A stretch of DNA of 52,035 nucleotides, the filler included, from Squatina squatina (lineage: Eukaryota), in assembly GCA_031763465.1 (NCBI GenBank). It is 3 parts of 3 records of this genome, joined end to end, with 100 filler letters (N's around TTAATTAATTAA, not from the genome) between each part and the next. Parts side by side here need not be neighbours in the genome. Positions count along the whole stretch, not along the records: positions 13,771 to 33,970 come from JARFOE010000234.1; positions 34,071 to 52,035 come from JARFOE010000168.1; 1 more part is not named here. One strand, given 5' to 3'. This document shows positions 33,815 through 46,178 of the stretch, one piece after another. The notes under the pieces were generated by a model. The model had not been told where the DNA came from. It saw only the letters and a program-made list of their open reading frames with translations, and made no database searches. Every line of letters begins with the position of its first letter. The first letter of the stretch is position 1. The position numbers and the translations under genes were made by a program.

Positions 33815-33970
33815 TTTTTATTCGTTCCTGGGATGTGGGCGTTGCTGGCAAGGCCAGCATTAATTGCCCATCCTTAGTTGCCCTTGAGAAGGTGGTGATG
33901 GGCTGCCTTCTTGAACTGCTGCAGTCCTTGTGGTGGAGGAACTCCCACAGTGATGTTAGGGAGGGAGTTC
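33815..33970 (-). mobile_element. LINE/SINE 3' end (gggcaattaatgctggccttgccagcaacgcccacatccc tail)
   Basis: Same tail as 12822-12882 and 14200-14246, ending in an A-run on the minus strand. Confidence 0.7.
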
Positions 33971-34070
33971 NNNNNNNNNNNNNNNNNNNNNNNNNNNNNN
34001 NNNNNNNNNNNNNNTTAATTAATTAANNNNNNNNNNNNNNNNNNNNNNNNNNNNNNNNNNNNNNNNNNNN
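33971..34070. other. Second artificial linker 44N-TTAATTAATTAA-44N
   Basis: Identical to 13671-13770. Confidence 0.95.
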
Positions 34071-34397
34071 GAGATCATGGCTGATCTTCCAAATTCAGTA
34101 CCCTGTCCCTGTTTTCTCCCCATATACCTTGCTCCCTTTATCCTTAAGAGCTACATCTAGCTCCTTTTTCTTCAGAGGAGGAGCATCAGCTGGAAGACAA
34201 GGGGGAGCTGGAGTAACCTGTGGGCCAGACCCCACCTGCAGCTGAGCATATTGCTGGCCTGGAGGCCAGGGATGGGCTTATCATAGCCAGATTTACATAA
34301 CTTCACACAGTCCAACCATATAGCTGTCACATGCTGTGCCAGGTTGGCACCACCACACAGCTACACCATAAAGCAAAAATTCAGTTAAGTGACTTAC

Positions 34398-34581
34398 TTG
34401 AATAGCGTTATCTTTTCTGTGAGTGAATTGGCAATTAGTACTGCCACCACCAGTCCATAAATAGCAATGATACCTGCCATCACAACAGGAATGATGGATT
34501 TCATGATTAGCTCAGGCCTCATGACAGACATGGCTGCAATTCCTGTTCCACTCTTAGCAGTCCCATAAGCAGCTCCTAGAG
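34398..34581 (-). CDS. ATP6V0C: V-ATPase V0 proteolipid subunit c, second coding exon
   Basis: cctctag|CT CTA GGA...TTC AA|gtaag, 184 nt. Translates [53 protein letters not shown]. Confidence 0.95.
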
Positions 34582-35431
34582 CTAGAGGAGAAAGCACCAG
34601 AAAGTCAGAACACAAGTCAGCCAAAATATACCTTACAGAAGGGACTCCAAGAACCTGCACTTTTCATCTTAGTCTGCACAAAACCAGTTTGGACTCAGTT
34701 GTACACTGATTTGGACCTTTAATGCACATCCCAGAATTTGACATTTGCTTTAGCTGTAAACTGCTCGGTAGCAAGTCAAGAGGACAGCAGGTGGAAGCAG
34801 AGCAGCTTGAGAAATCCTCAGCTCTTGTAATGCAAGTGGGCGTACCTTATAGTTCTGAAGTAGGTATAGCAAGGCAACAGATGGTACTGCCAGCTGTGAC
34901 ATTGGGGGGCTGATTTTATCAGCTCACTTAGTTGCTGGCTCCAAACTACCATCTGATTGTGTTTAACAGTAGGCTATGTAATCTGCAATACAAGAATGTT
35001 GAGTTGTATCACTGTTTCCAAAGGAGAACCCCGCAAAGGCTGCTGCCCAGATANNNNNNNNNNNNNNNNNNNNNNNNNNNNNNNNNNNNNNNNNNNNNNN
35101 NNNNNNNNNNNNNNNNNNNNNNNNNNNNNNNNNNNNNNNNNNNNNNNNNNNNNCCCCCAAGTATGCATATGTGTTGATTTACATATGCACGCACGTCCAA
35201 TACACACATTTTTCAAACCTCCCATTTTAAAACGAAACAGCTGCACTTCAGTGTATTAATTAATTCATCTACTTAGCTCTGACAATGGCACGACATGACT
35301 TCACTGTTTGTAGACTTACAGGTGTGAATTTGACTATTAGAATTGGCTGTGTTTAGTGACACCACCGGTATAATTAACAAGATTTTGTATTGGTAAAATA
35401 AAATAGTTCACATCACTTAGGTTTCACTCAC

Positions 35432-35696
35432 CAACTATAATGGATTCAGCACTTCCAGCCATGAACATTGAAGTAGCTTTGGATGTCAAGTTGAAGTGAC
35501 GTGTGGCGAGGAAGGGTGATAATCTGTCTGAGGGATCTTTGGTCGAAGTAAGCAAACCCTGCTCCTGGGGGGACTCTGTATCCAGGATACCAGGTTGCTG
35601 CGGTGGCTCCGGACAGGAGTCCACAACATTTTTAGGAGCTTCCAGCTCTGGATGTTTAATGATAACCCATTCATATCGCTCCATTTCAGGCTGTAG
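35432..35696 (-). CDS. TBC1D24: TBC1D24 TLDc-domain exon
   Basis: ttctag|CTA CAG CCT...GTT G|gtgag, 265 nt. Translates LQPEMERYEWVIIKHPEL...DPSDRLSPFLATRHFNLTSKATSMFMAGSAESIIV. Confidence 0.92.
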
Positions 35697-36320
35697 CTAG
35701 AAGCAACAAAAATTAGAACAGCATANNNNNNNNNNCATACATTTTAGGCACTCTCCTAAGCAGCATTTAGTCCTGGCTGACAAACCAGTTTCTTTATAGC
35801 TGTAATGCTATAGGACAGAAAAATGGCAATTGGATATTTGAAAAGGGCTTAGCATAGGTACAAGCCTGTCATATGCACTTGAAAAAGGCTTCAAAGACTG
35901 GCAATATGACACCCAGGTTTTGTATTGATTTCAATAATACATTCAAACTGTTCTGTCTCCAGTCCTCCAATGGCTTTAACAGGTGTCTACGAAACTGTAC
36001 TAATTTGCAGTACACAAGATTCAATCAAGACTTGAATGTCTAACATTCTAAGTAAAGAACAAACTCTATATAGCTCTACAAGTCCTCATATATCTCCCAA
36101 AGTGATTCACAGCCAATGTGTTGCAATGTATGGAAATTATAGGCGCATTCCCTTGGATAAAACCACAACAGGGGCTGCTATACTGCACTAATCCAGGTTA
36201 TAGCTACATGTTCCACTGCCTCCTGCCCTTCCCCACCCCCTCCAAAAATACTATTTATTGTAGAAAGCGACTTGACCAATGAAAGATCTGTTCCTTTTGT
36301 CAAACCTCATATTTTCTACA

Positions 36321-36322
<2 letters not shown>

Positions 36323-36358
<36 letters not shown>
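36323..36358. repeat. (AG)18 microsatellite
   Basis: Perfect dinucleotide run. Confidence 0.97.
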
Positions 36359-36364
<6 letters not shown>

Positions 36365-36522
36365 GTGTAAAGCACATGCCTGAGAATCACCAGTGGAAAG
36401 CTTTGCCAAAGGCCTTACTGCCNNNNNNNNNNNNNNNNNNNNNNNNNNNNNNNNNNNNNNNNNNNNNNNNNNNNNNNNNNNNNNNNNNNNNNNNNNNNNN
36501 NNNNNNNNNNNNNNNNNNNNNN

Positions 36523-37025
36523 TGTGAAGGCCTTGGAGAGGACACAGAACAGATTTATGAGAATGGTTCCAGGGATGAGGGACTTCAGTTACGTGGATGG
36601 ACTGGAGAAGCTGGGGTTGTTGACCTTAGAGCAGAGAAGATTGAGAGGAGATTTGATAAAGGTGTTCAAAATCATGAGGGAGCTGGACAAGAGAAGATAG
36701 AGAAACTCTTTCCATTGGTGGAAGGGTTGAGAACCAGAGGACACAGATTTAAGGTGCTTGGCAAAAGAACCAAAGGCGACATGAGGAAAAACTTTTTTTT
36801 AAACGCAGCAATTGGTTAGGATCTGGAATTCACTGCCTGAAAGGGTGGTGGAGGCAGGCTCAATCATGGCTTTCAAAAAGGAATTGGATAAGTACCTGAA
36901 GGAAAAGAAATTTGCTGGTCTACATGGAAAGGGCGGGGAGTGGGACTAGCTGAAGTGTTCTTCCAGAGAGGTAACACGTGCTCGACGGGCCGAATGGCCT
37001 TTCTGTGCTCTAACCATTCTATGAT
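36523..37025 (+). mobile_element. CR1 LINE 3' end
   Basis: EKLFPLVEGLRTRGHRFKVLGKRTKGDMRKNFF, with tail gggccgaatggcctttctgtgc...attctatgatt. Confidence 0.9.
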
Positions 37026-37083
37026 TTGGTAGTAAGCAGCCAGAGTCAACACAATATTAGCCAAAGGAAACCATCAACAATAC

Positions 37084-37179
37084 CTTGAACACGAAACATT
37101 CCCCCGTGCCAAAATAACTCAGCTTGTTTCCTCCTCGCCTTCGTTCTCTCCAATCCGTTGAAAGGTAGGCGCCACAGAC
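37084..37179 (-). CDS. TBC1D24: TBC1D24 TLDc exon
   Basis: ttaacag|GTC TGT GGC...TTC AAG|gtatt, 96 nt. Translates [32 protein letters not shown]. Splices in phase 0 to 35696. Confidence 0.92.
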
Positions 37180-37511
37180 CTGTTAAAGTAAGGACGGAGA
37201 ACGAATTTTGGGTAGAAGACGACCTTGGACCCACCTGATCACAGTACACTGGGGCCTCACTTTAGCGTGGGACTCGGTAGAACGCGGGTCCGCCACGGAC
37301 CCCAAAATTTTCAACACCTCAACATGAAGCTGGCTGTATTTGTGGAGTTGGAAGAAGCAGCAGTGATCTTTCCTGGCTCCANNNNNNNNNNNNNNNNNNN
37401 NNNNNNNNNNNNNNNNNNNNNNNNNNNNNNNNNNNNNNNNNNNNNNNNNNNNNNNNNNNNNNNNNNNNNNNNNNNNNNNNNTGTAGTGCTGCAATAAACC
37501 AGGGTAGATAC

Positions 37512-38490
37512 CTCTTTTGATTTACAGTGAAGCCTTTTTGCTTCAGCGCTTTTTCATTAGCATCTCGGAGCAAACGGATCTCTTTCCTGGAAAAGAGACG
37601 GATAGAAAATGCTTTCTCCAACAACTTCTCGACCGGGATGTGCTCAGCAATGCCTTGGACGAAGCTTTGGATATCAGCTCGAATGTTGGCAGATTTCTCA
37701 GGCTGTCCGGTTCTGATTTTCCGGAAGAACTTGAGGAGAGCCAGCGCTACCCTGTACAGTACCTTAAACCCTTCGACAAAAAAGATATCCAACACGCGGG
37801 CTGCGTAGTTAAAGGGCAGGTCTCCAAACATCCACCGCAACCAATCAGAGTAAACCTCCAGCACGTCCTCCGAAGCACTCACTATCAGCTTGTGAGCGCC
37901 CTGGCAGTATTTGTTTGCCAGGTCTCCGAAGGTCATACAGGAGGATTCGTAGGCTAGGAAGGTCTGGTCTACGAAATGCTTTGTACGGTCGTTGCAGGCC
38001 AAGAGCCGGCACACCTTCTCGAAGCAGTCCGCTTCGTCTGCGCTGTAGTGCAGGAGCAGTGCCACGATGGCCGGCAGCACAGGACAGTAGGAGATGTCNN
38101 NNNNNNNNACACCATGATCCTCCTAGCCGCACCAATCCCATCCATGTTCAGACAATAGTTCGGGATGGCACTGCCATCCACAAATTCTGGCAGCAATAAC
38201 GTGGAGGTGTTCTTTTTCCCAACAATTTTCCCGACAATATCCTTGTACACCTCAGCATCAGGAGTCACCGTTCTACAGGGGACAGCTTTGATGATTTGCT
38301 CATAGATTTTGCCTCTTAGAGAGTAGCTCTTTGCCCAATAACCTTGTCTGGCATACTGCTTTAGCAAGTTGCCATCTATGTAAGATGGCACCACAGGACT
38401 ATCCTTCTCCAGGTCAGTCATCTTGTCCCAGGCCACGAACCGGCCACACCGCGTGTCAGACATAGCCGAAGAGTTCACTGATTCTTCCAT
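37512..38490 (-). CDS. TBC1D24: TBC1D24 large first coding exon (TBC domain); the 10-N gap causes an apparent frameshift
   Basis: ARQGYWA...[20 protein letters not shown]...LPEFVD, then [18 protein letters not shown]...[12 protein letters not shown]...IRLFSRKEI...[10 protein letters not shown]. Donor AG|gtatc. Start ATG is 38490 or 38463. Confidence 0.95.
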
Positions 38491-38959
38491 TTCAGTACTT
38501 GAGAGTGGGGATGGATTCTATCATCAAGGGTCACCCATGTTCTCACTGTTGGGCAAAAAACATCACAAATTAGCATTTTACACCCACTGCAGCTTTNNNN
38601 NNNNNNNNNNNNNNNNNNNNNNNNNNNNNNNNNNNNNNNNNNNNNNNNNNNNNNNNNNNNNNNNNNNNNNNNNNNNNNNNNNNNNNNNNNNNNNNNNNNN
38701 NNNNNNNNNNNNNNNNNNNNNNNNNNNNNNNNNNNNNNNNNNNNNNNNNNNNNNNNNNNNNNNNNNNNNNNNNNNNNNNNNNNNNNNNNNNNNNNNNNNN
38801 NNNNNNNNNNNNNNNNNNNNNNNNNNNNNNNNNNNNNNNNNNNNNNGTTCATGTCCTTTTGAAGGTAAGGTCCCAAAAACAGCACAGTACATAAGAATGG
38901 CCTATCCAATGAAAACAAAAAGAACTTGTATTTATATAGCGCCTTTCATATCATCAAGG

Positions 38960-39240
38960 TGAGACATTAAACCAAGGCCACAGCTTCCCGCTGAGGTGGA
39001 TGTAAAGGAACCCATGGTGCTCTTCTGAAGAGCCGGGACTTTTACTGGTGTCTCAGCCAACATTCCTTCTCTCAACACCATAACATAATATCTGATTATT
39101 TGTTAATTTGCTGTTAGTGGGACCTTGCTGTTCTCAAATTGGCTGCCATGCTTGCCCAAGAAACAGTGACTGCACTTCAAAAGTAATCCATTAGTGTCAA
39201 CACACTTTGGAACATCCCAAGGAGGTGATACAAGATTATT
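38960..39240 (+). mobile_element. 5'-truncated DeuSINE
   Basis: gagacattaaaccaaggcc...gaggtggatgtaaaggaacccatgg...caaattggctgcc...cacttcaaaagta. Confidence 0.72.
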
Positions 39241-41849
39241 CTTTTACAGTAGGCACCCTATCTCAGCAGACCCACCCGAGTGTGACATTGAGATATGGAA
39301 AGGCACTTTCCCCAGGAGTACGATTGGCAACTGAATGAAGATGCCGGTAAATTTATGGTGCAAACACTAATTTTTCTCCTTAAATTCTTTGCCTTTAAAA
39401 CTTGCTTCTGCTAGAAGACTTTTTAATGTTCTAAATAAGTTGGTAATAGTTTGATCAGTCCATACATAGATCAATATACTCCATAGAGAAAGCTCCGAGG
39501 AACATATATTTGCCCTGCAAAAAAAATCTAAACAGTTGGCAAAATCCCAATTGTTCCTTTTCAACCAAAATCTTCCTGTGTGGTTTTGTGAACTGTCAAA
39601 ACAAAGGCAAGCGATAGTGCTGCTGTTTCAGAGTTACGATTCAAGTGGTGAAGTTACATCATCCTGTGACTGTTTAAGGGTCAACACACTGTGTGTACAA
39701 ATCACACAGGCTGGAACAACTGGCAATATCTAGAGATTTTTATTTCAGACAATTACCTTCAATGCAGTATAAACAAACTGGTGTTAAACATTAAACTCAT
39801 GAACCTCTAGGTCACAGCAACAAAGATAGTGACAGCACATCTCCAAGTAGCAAAGCTATTTCAGTTTGGAAGACAAGTTTAAAAGCAATCACTTGAACCC
39901 ATCCCTTTTCTACCTCCATTACTGTAGATTCATGGAGTTTAAACTTCAAGCTTGTAAGGCCTTTGTGACCTTGTGATCTAACTACAAATATATAACTTGT
40001 GTTTAAAAATGTAAAGCTGAATGGAAGCAGCTTATATTGCATGCTCTTGGAGTACTTCTCCAATGGGTTTGTTCTGACATTTCTAGCAACAGGTACAAGC
40101 TTTCACTGTGCCACTCAGTTTACTAAACACTAGCGATGGTCTTGGAAAAAGATATGGTAATCATGCCCTTTCAAACAGCAAGCGTTTGTTTTGGTTTTTG
40201 CCCTCTCCCGTTGTCTCCCTATCCCTGCAGAAGGTGCTGACTCATGCTGGGTTCCACTCAAGCACCCTCCAGTATCCAGTCCACAAGCCCAGTCCTCCTG
40301 CATACACATACGACAGCTAGTGTTGGCAGATTGATTGTGGATGACATCATGCCATCACAAACCTGGGACCACCCAACATCCATCCGTGCGCACTTTTCAG
40401 GCTATGCAATTGAGAGCAGGAACCCTGGCCAATTCCACCCCACGCGCCCAGAACAGTGAAATCAAGTGTAGCCCCCACAAGTACTAGTCCAGTGTTAGTG
40501 GGAAGATCTTAGCTCGAATTGCTTGGTGCTAATGCTGCATTACAGTGCTTCTGCTCAAGGCAGCCTCTGCTTAAATGTGGTGCTATAACGTGGTGCTGGT
40601 GACTGGCAGCATAGAGACTTCCCTCAGGCAGTCTGTCCACATGCCACCAGAGGAACACGGCAATAGCAACCAAATTTCCAACATTGGCATGGTTTAAAGT
40701 CACGAATAGGTGAAACTTTCAACTTAACCACACAGGGCAGCTTTTAGATCGCTGGCTGATAAACAATCTTCTGATGTTGGTGGAAGTCCATGGACAAAAA
40801 CTCTGCGATTACCATTTGGAAGAAACTTTTTAGAAGCAGTGGTTTCCCTTTTGTTATTTGTACTCTGAAATCCACAGCCCAGCACTCTGGNNNNNNNNNN
40901 NNNNNNNNNNNNNNNNNNNNNNNNNNNNNNNNNNNNNNNNNNNNNNNNNNNNNNNNNNNNNNNNNNNNNNNNNNNNNNNNNNNNNNNNNNTAGCACCATT
41001 TTTTTCAAGTGTCAGGAACTTTTTTTCTATCAGTCCAATTCCCGACTTAAAGGAACAGCGCTAAATGGGTGCTAAAATTACTCCTATTGGTTGCATGGCG
41101 CCACAAATGTTAAAAACACCAATTGGGTGCCCGCAACATTTTACAGATTGCAATAGATGCTATTTCACATTGTGTTTCTGTAGGGACTGTTAAGCAGCAC
41201 CAACTAACAGGGCTTAAGGGTGAAGGCTCATTCACCTTGCATGATGCAGCATCAATCGATGTATCTGCAGCGAGCTACAGCCCATGAATATTCACTCTGG
41301 GGGAAGGTGTAGAGTTAGATTTAGAGCAGGAAGCAGTGAAGTAAACACACACAGCATGAATGAGAGGAGCAAGTGCAGATATCAGCAAAAGAACAGGGAG
41401 AAGTGGGCCGGAGGATCAACTCAAGGTCATCCTGGGGCTTTGATTGATACAAAGCGTCTCTCTCTTCTCTCTGTCTGACCCACTGTGCACATTTATTAGG
41501 AAGCTGCAGCCTCCAAATCTTTCAGTTCAGTCAATCCCGCACTGCAGCAACACTGAGCAGTGACTGCTGTTAATATCTGAGTGGCGTTAAACAAATCCTA
41601 AACCAGTCAAAGATCCACAGCTCACAAAAGAGTTCCGCAGAATTTTAAAATATTATCCACAGAGAAAATGAGGCAAAACAAACTTCAAGTTTCAGCCAGT
41701 GGATTGCAGGCCAGTAACACACAGATCATTGCAAACAGTGCAAAAGGGAAAACCTGGCTCTGCTCTGCACAGCACGCTTGTTTTATAACTACAGATAGGG
41801 TTTATTCAGCAGGGTAAGGGCTATTTACCATTATATCGCACCATTAACA

Positions 41850-42595
41850 TGGAAAAACACAAGACGCTTCACAGAAGCGTGATCAGACACAAATGTACAC
41901 AAAGCCGAAGAAGGGGATATTAGGATTGGGAATCAAAGGCTTGTTCAGAGGTGGGTTTTCAGGAGGTTCTTAAAAGGAGAAGAGAGAAGTAGAGGCAGAG
42001 AGGTTTAGAGAGAGAATTCCAGAGCTGAAGGCTTAAGCAGCTGAAAGCACAGCCACTGATGGTGGGACGATGGTATGGAGGATGCACAAAAGGCTGGATT
42101 CGGAGGTGTGGGCTGTAGGAGGTTACAGAGATAGGGAGGGGTGAGGCGATGGAGAGATTTGAACACAAGGCTGAAATTTTTAAGTTTGAGGTGTTGCCGT
42201 ACCAAGAGTCAAGATAGGTCAGCGAGCACAAGGGTAAGGGGTGACCGGGACTTGGTGCGAGTTAGGACATGGGCAACAGAGATTTGGATGAGCTCCAGTT
42301 TACAGAGGGTGGAAGGTGGGAGGCCAGCCAGGAGGTTATTGGAATAGTCAAGCCATGGATGAGGGTTTCAGCAGCAGATAGCTGAGGCAGGGGGGAAACG
42401 GGCAATGTTAGAGGTGGAAGTAGGCAGTCTTGGTGATGGAGAGGATATGGGGTCGGAAGCTCAGCTCAGGGTCAACTTGGACACGGAGGCTGCAAAAAGT
42501 CTGGTTCAGCCTGAGACATGGATGGAATAGTTGGCGAGGGAATGGAGTTTGTGGCGGGGACCAGAGACAATGGCTTCAGACTTCCCAATGTCTTA
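41850..42595 (-). mobile_element. L2 LINE 3' region
   Basis: Reverse strand shows ELIQISVAHVLTRTKSRSP, VFKSLHRLTPPYLCNLLQP and AFSCLSLQLWNSL. Confidence 0.88.
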
Positions 42596-42605
42596 ACAGG
42601 AGTAA

Positions 42606-42820
42606 TTGTTTAACAGCAGGGTAAGAGCTACTCCCTGTAACTGTACAGAGTTACCATGTATTCAGCGTAAGAGTTACTCCCTGTAACTGTACAGTCACTG
42701 TTTATTCAGCAGGGCAAGAGTTACTCCCTGTATCTTTCTGTGTGATCCTGTTTATTAAGCAGGGTAAGGGTTACTCAATTTGTGAATGGAGTTTCTGTTT
42801 ATTCAGCAGGGTTAAAGTTA
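42606..42820 (+). repeat. Minisatellite, ~5 units of 42-50 bp
   Basis: Core tgtttattcagcagggtaagagttactccctgta is repeated. An isolated copy sits at about 41800-41823. Confidence 0.85.
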
Positions 42821-43898
42821 TGGTGTTAGTCACACTGGTAAATTGACAAGGCTGGTAAAGGAACAGGATGAGCCTGAATTACCAGCTGGCCTTGCTTTGA
42901 GTCATTCCATTAAAAAGGCGGGATTACAACTTTGCAGGTAAAGGTGTATATTTACTGCTCTGTATAAACAACAGGACAAGGATTACGTGCAACCAGGAAC
43001 TCCTTTTAGAAATAGAATTAACATATTTTGATGCTCAGTGGAAATGGGAGGGGATTTTATAACTATGCACTTTTAAGAAATGAGTTAATCTGCTACAGGC
43101 ATGAAGTAATCCTAAGTACCCGAAAGGAGTAAGTTAATGGGTGACTCCAACTACACAGCCCATGCAGGAGGCGGGGCGCAGAGACCCTCACTCCCCCAGG
43201 CAATGTCATAGGAAGACCCTCCCTTTCCAGCATGGAGGGCAGGTAGCGCAATCGAGGAGTCTTAGTGTTGGTGCTGTGGAGATTTTTCCTGGCAGTGGAT
43301 GGAGAATGTGGTGTGTGTTTTTTATATAAACAGGGGATACTGTTTCTGTAGCTGCTGAACAGAGTGGAATTTATAATAATGTTCTCATTACCTCGGGATG
43401 GTATGCAGGGTTGCTCCTGGAGCTAGTGAGTAGCAGAGGCCAATCTTTGGACAAGAGGTTTGAGAAAGAGAAAAGTAAACACGCTTTTAGCTGCCACCGG
43501 CCTTTAATTAAAAAGTGGTGAGCTCGACGGGAGATTCTTTTTTTTCTTGTCTGGAGCTTTTGAGCTGGATTTGGTCTGCGGATTTGACCCCAAGTAATCC
43601 TTCGCAAGGGTCAAACTGCATTCAGACTAGAGCTGCCCAAATGGAGAATGTCAGATATGTAGACTGACAGCTCACTGCTGCCTCGAAACTCACTCGTTTG
43701 TCTCAACTCCCCCAAGGCATACACACCACAGCTCCCAAACCCTCATAGCAAGAACGCTCGTCACACATCATATCCCGCCACACCCCACCCACCCCCAGNN
43801 NNNNNNNNNNNNNNNNNNNNNNNNNNNNNNNNNNNNNNNNNNNNNNNNNNNNNNNNNNNNNNNNNNNNNNNNNNNNNNNNNNNNNNNNNNNNNNNNNN

Positions 43899-44559
43899 CA
43901 GGAACTAAAGCTCTTGCACCTGTCACACAACAAGATCAGGAGGCTGCCCCGCCAGGTCTTTCAGCCGCTGAGCATGCTGTCCAACCTGGACCTGTCGTCC
44001 AACCAGATAACCGAGATCGCCAACGACACTTTCTCGGGGCTGCAAGAGTTGGAACGCTTGTACCTGCAGAAAAACAAGATTGAGACTATCCACCCTGCAG
44101 CATTCGACACGTTGGTGAGGCTGGTTGAACTCAAGCTGCAGGATAACCAGCTCCATAGCCTTCCTCCTCTGCAGCTTCCCACTCTCCTGCTGTTGGATCT
44201 CAGCAGGAATAACATCCCAGATGCAGAGATCGGAAACATCAGAGCATCCGAGATTGAATCTTTGAAGCTGGCCGGGCTTGGCCTCAGTACCATAGACGAA
44301 GACATGTTTAAGAGCATGAGGAATCTTCAGGAGCTGGATCTATCAGACAATCAGCTGGTAACTGTGTCGGCCGCACTCCAGCACCTCGGGGAATTGACTT
44401 GCCTGAGTCTGCGGGGAAACAACCAGATCGCTCACTTGAAGGACGAGGACTTTGAGCACCTCAAGAACCTTCAGAAACTGGACATCTGTGGGTTGAGTCT
44501 CAGGACTATTCCCGAGGGCTTCTTGGATCTCTTTCCCAAGCTGCGGAGCCTCACAGCCG
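43899..44559 (+). CDS. VASN: Vasorin (SLIT-like 2) LRR region, partial
   Basis: Uninterrupted LRRs: VFQPL..LSNLDL...LERLYL.KN.I..I.P.AFDTL.RL.ELKLQDN.L..LPPL.LP.LLLLDLS.N...L.LAGLGL...LFP.LR.L.A, matching recalled VASN. 16p13.3-like synteny. Confidence 0.88.
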
Positions 44560-44700
44560 NNNNNNNNNNNNNNNNNNNNNNNNNNNNNNNNNNNNNNNNN
44601 NNNNNNNNNNNNNNNNNNNNNNNNNNNNNNNNNNNNNNNNNNNNNNNNNNNNNNNNNNNTGCGTTACAACAACTTTTATTTAAATAGAGCGCCTTTGTAA

Positions 44701-45042
<342 letters not shown>

Positions 45043-45375
45043 TAACGCTAAGTTTAGTGCTTATGGAGAGCCACGGGGCTGAACCCCAGCATCAGAGAGT
45101 AGAGTGGCGTAAACCTGGTCTTTGCAGCTTTGAAAGGAGCCAGTGGGTAGGTGATTGATTCGAGGTATATAAATTCATTAATGGTGTGACAAAGGTTGGT
45201 CACTAACCCTTGCCTTCGCTGGGGGAGATTAATGGTGGGGTATCCACCACAGCGGCAGGGAGGCACGCAGACAGTTTGCCCTTGTGTTTCAGTGTGCCAG
45301 CATTCCTCAAAAGCAAACCAGAACCCCAGCTTGATCTGAATCAGATGGTATGCGTCCCAATCAAACAACAACTTC

Positions 45376-45470
45376 ATAGAATCATACAGTATGGAAGGAG
45401 GCCATTCGGCCCATTGTGCCGGTGCCGGCTCTTTGAAAGAGCAATCCAATTAGTCCCACTCACCTGCTCG
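45376..45470 (-). mobile_element. CR1 3' tail
   Basis: catagaatcatacagtatggaaggaggccattcggcccattgtgccggtgccggctctttgaaagagc. Confidence 0.75.
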
Positions 45471-45727
45471 TTCCTAAAGTTTATAAACTTGCTTTCATTT
45501 ACCAAAATGCTCCAATGTCCTTAGCAGTGGGACCAGTGGCCGCAGCAGAAAGTAGGAGNNNNNNNNNNNNNNNNNNNNNNNNNNNNNNNNNNNNNNNNNN
45601 NNNNNNNNNNNNNNNNNNNNNNNNNNNNNNNNNNNNNNNNNNNNNNNNNNNNNNNNNNTGCTGCCAGTTGGGTGCCCTGCATATACAGCTGCTTTTGCGT
45701 GGTCTCTCTCCCTGTATCCAGTATTAC

Positions 45728-45812
45728 AGCAACAACTTGTACTTATATAGCACCTTTAACATAGTAAAACGTCCCAGGTGCTTCAAGGGAGTGTTATAAG
45801 ACAAACATTTGT
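45728..45812 (-). mobile_element. L2 3' tail
   Basis: aacaacttgtacttatatagcacctttaacatagtaaaacgtcccaggtgcttc. Confidence 0.7.
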
Positions 45813-45825
45813 AGTTAATAGTATT

Positions 45826-46004
45826 AACAGCACAAAAGTAGGTCTTTTGACCCAGCAGGTCCATGCTGGTGTTAATGTTCTACATAAGCCTCATCTATCC
45901 TTCTTTATCAAACCCCATCAACATATCCCTTTCTCCCTCATGTGTTTATCTAGCTTTCCCTTAAATGCATCAGTGCTGTTCGCCTCAACTACTCCTTGTG
46001 GTAG
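45826..46004 (-). mobile_element. CR1 3' end, diverged
   Basis: acagcacaaaagtaggtcttttgaccc...tttatctagctttcccttaaatgcatc...gcctcaactactccttgtggtagc. Confidence 0.65.
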
Positions 46005-46178
46005 CTTTTACAAGTATGTAAAAAGAAAAAGATTAGTGAAGACAAATATAGGTCCCCTACAGTCAGAAACAGGAGAACTTATAATGGGGAACAAAGAGAT
46101 GGCAGAACAATTAAATAGATACTTTGGTTCTGTTTTCACAGAAGAAGACACAAATAACCTCCCAGAAATGCTAGGGAT
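46003..46178 (+). mobile_element. Intact internal CR1 ORF2 fragment (endonuclease-RT linker)
   Basis: SFYKYVKRKRLVKTNIGPLQSETGELIMGNKEMAEQLNRYFGSVFTEEDTNNLPEML. Confidence 0.85.

Noticed and set aside
38099-38108. Apparent frameshift splitting TBC1D24 into two ORFs (pseudogene or recoding)
   Set aside because: The shift falls in a 10-N placeholder where about 7 residues are missing. Both sides are intact.
39367-39516. Possible minus-strand exon after a tttttttgcag acceptor
   Set aside because: No recognisable protein in the frames I translated and no clear donor. It could be non-coding or chance.
40724-40890. Minus-strand open frame ending ...DLKAALCG*
   Set aside because: No recognisable homology, and the 5' end is in a gap. 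It cannot be distinguished from a chance ORF.
42606-42820. Repeat-spacer pattern resembling a CRISPR array
   Set aside because: Repeats are degenerate, the spacers are short and partly related, there are no cas genes, and the context is vertebrate. It is a minisatellite.
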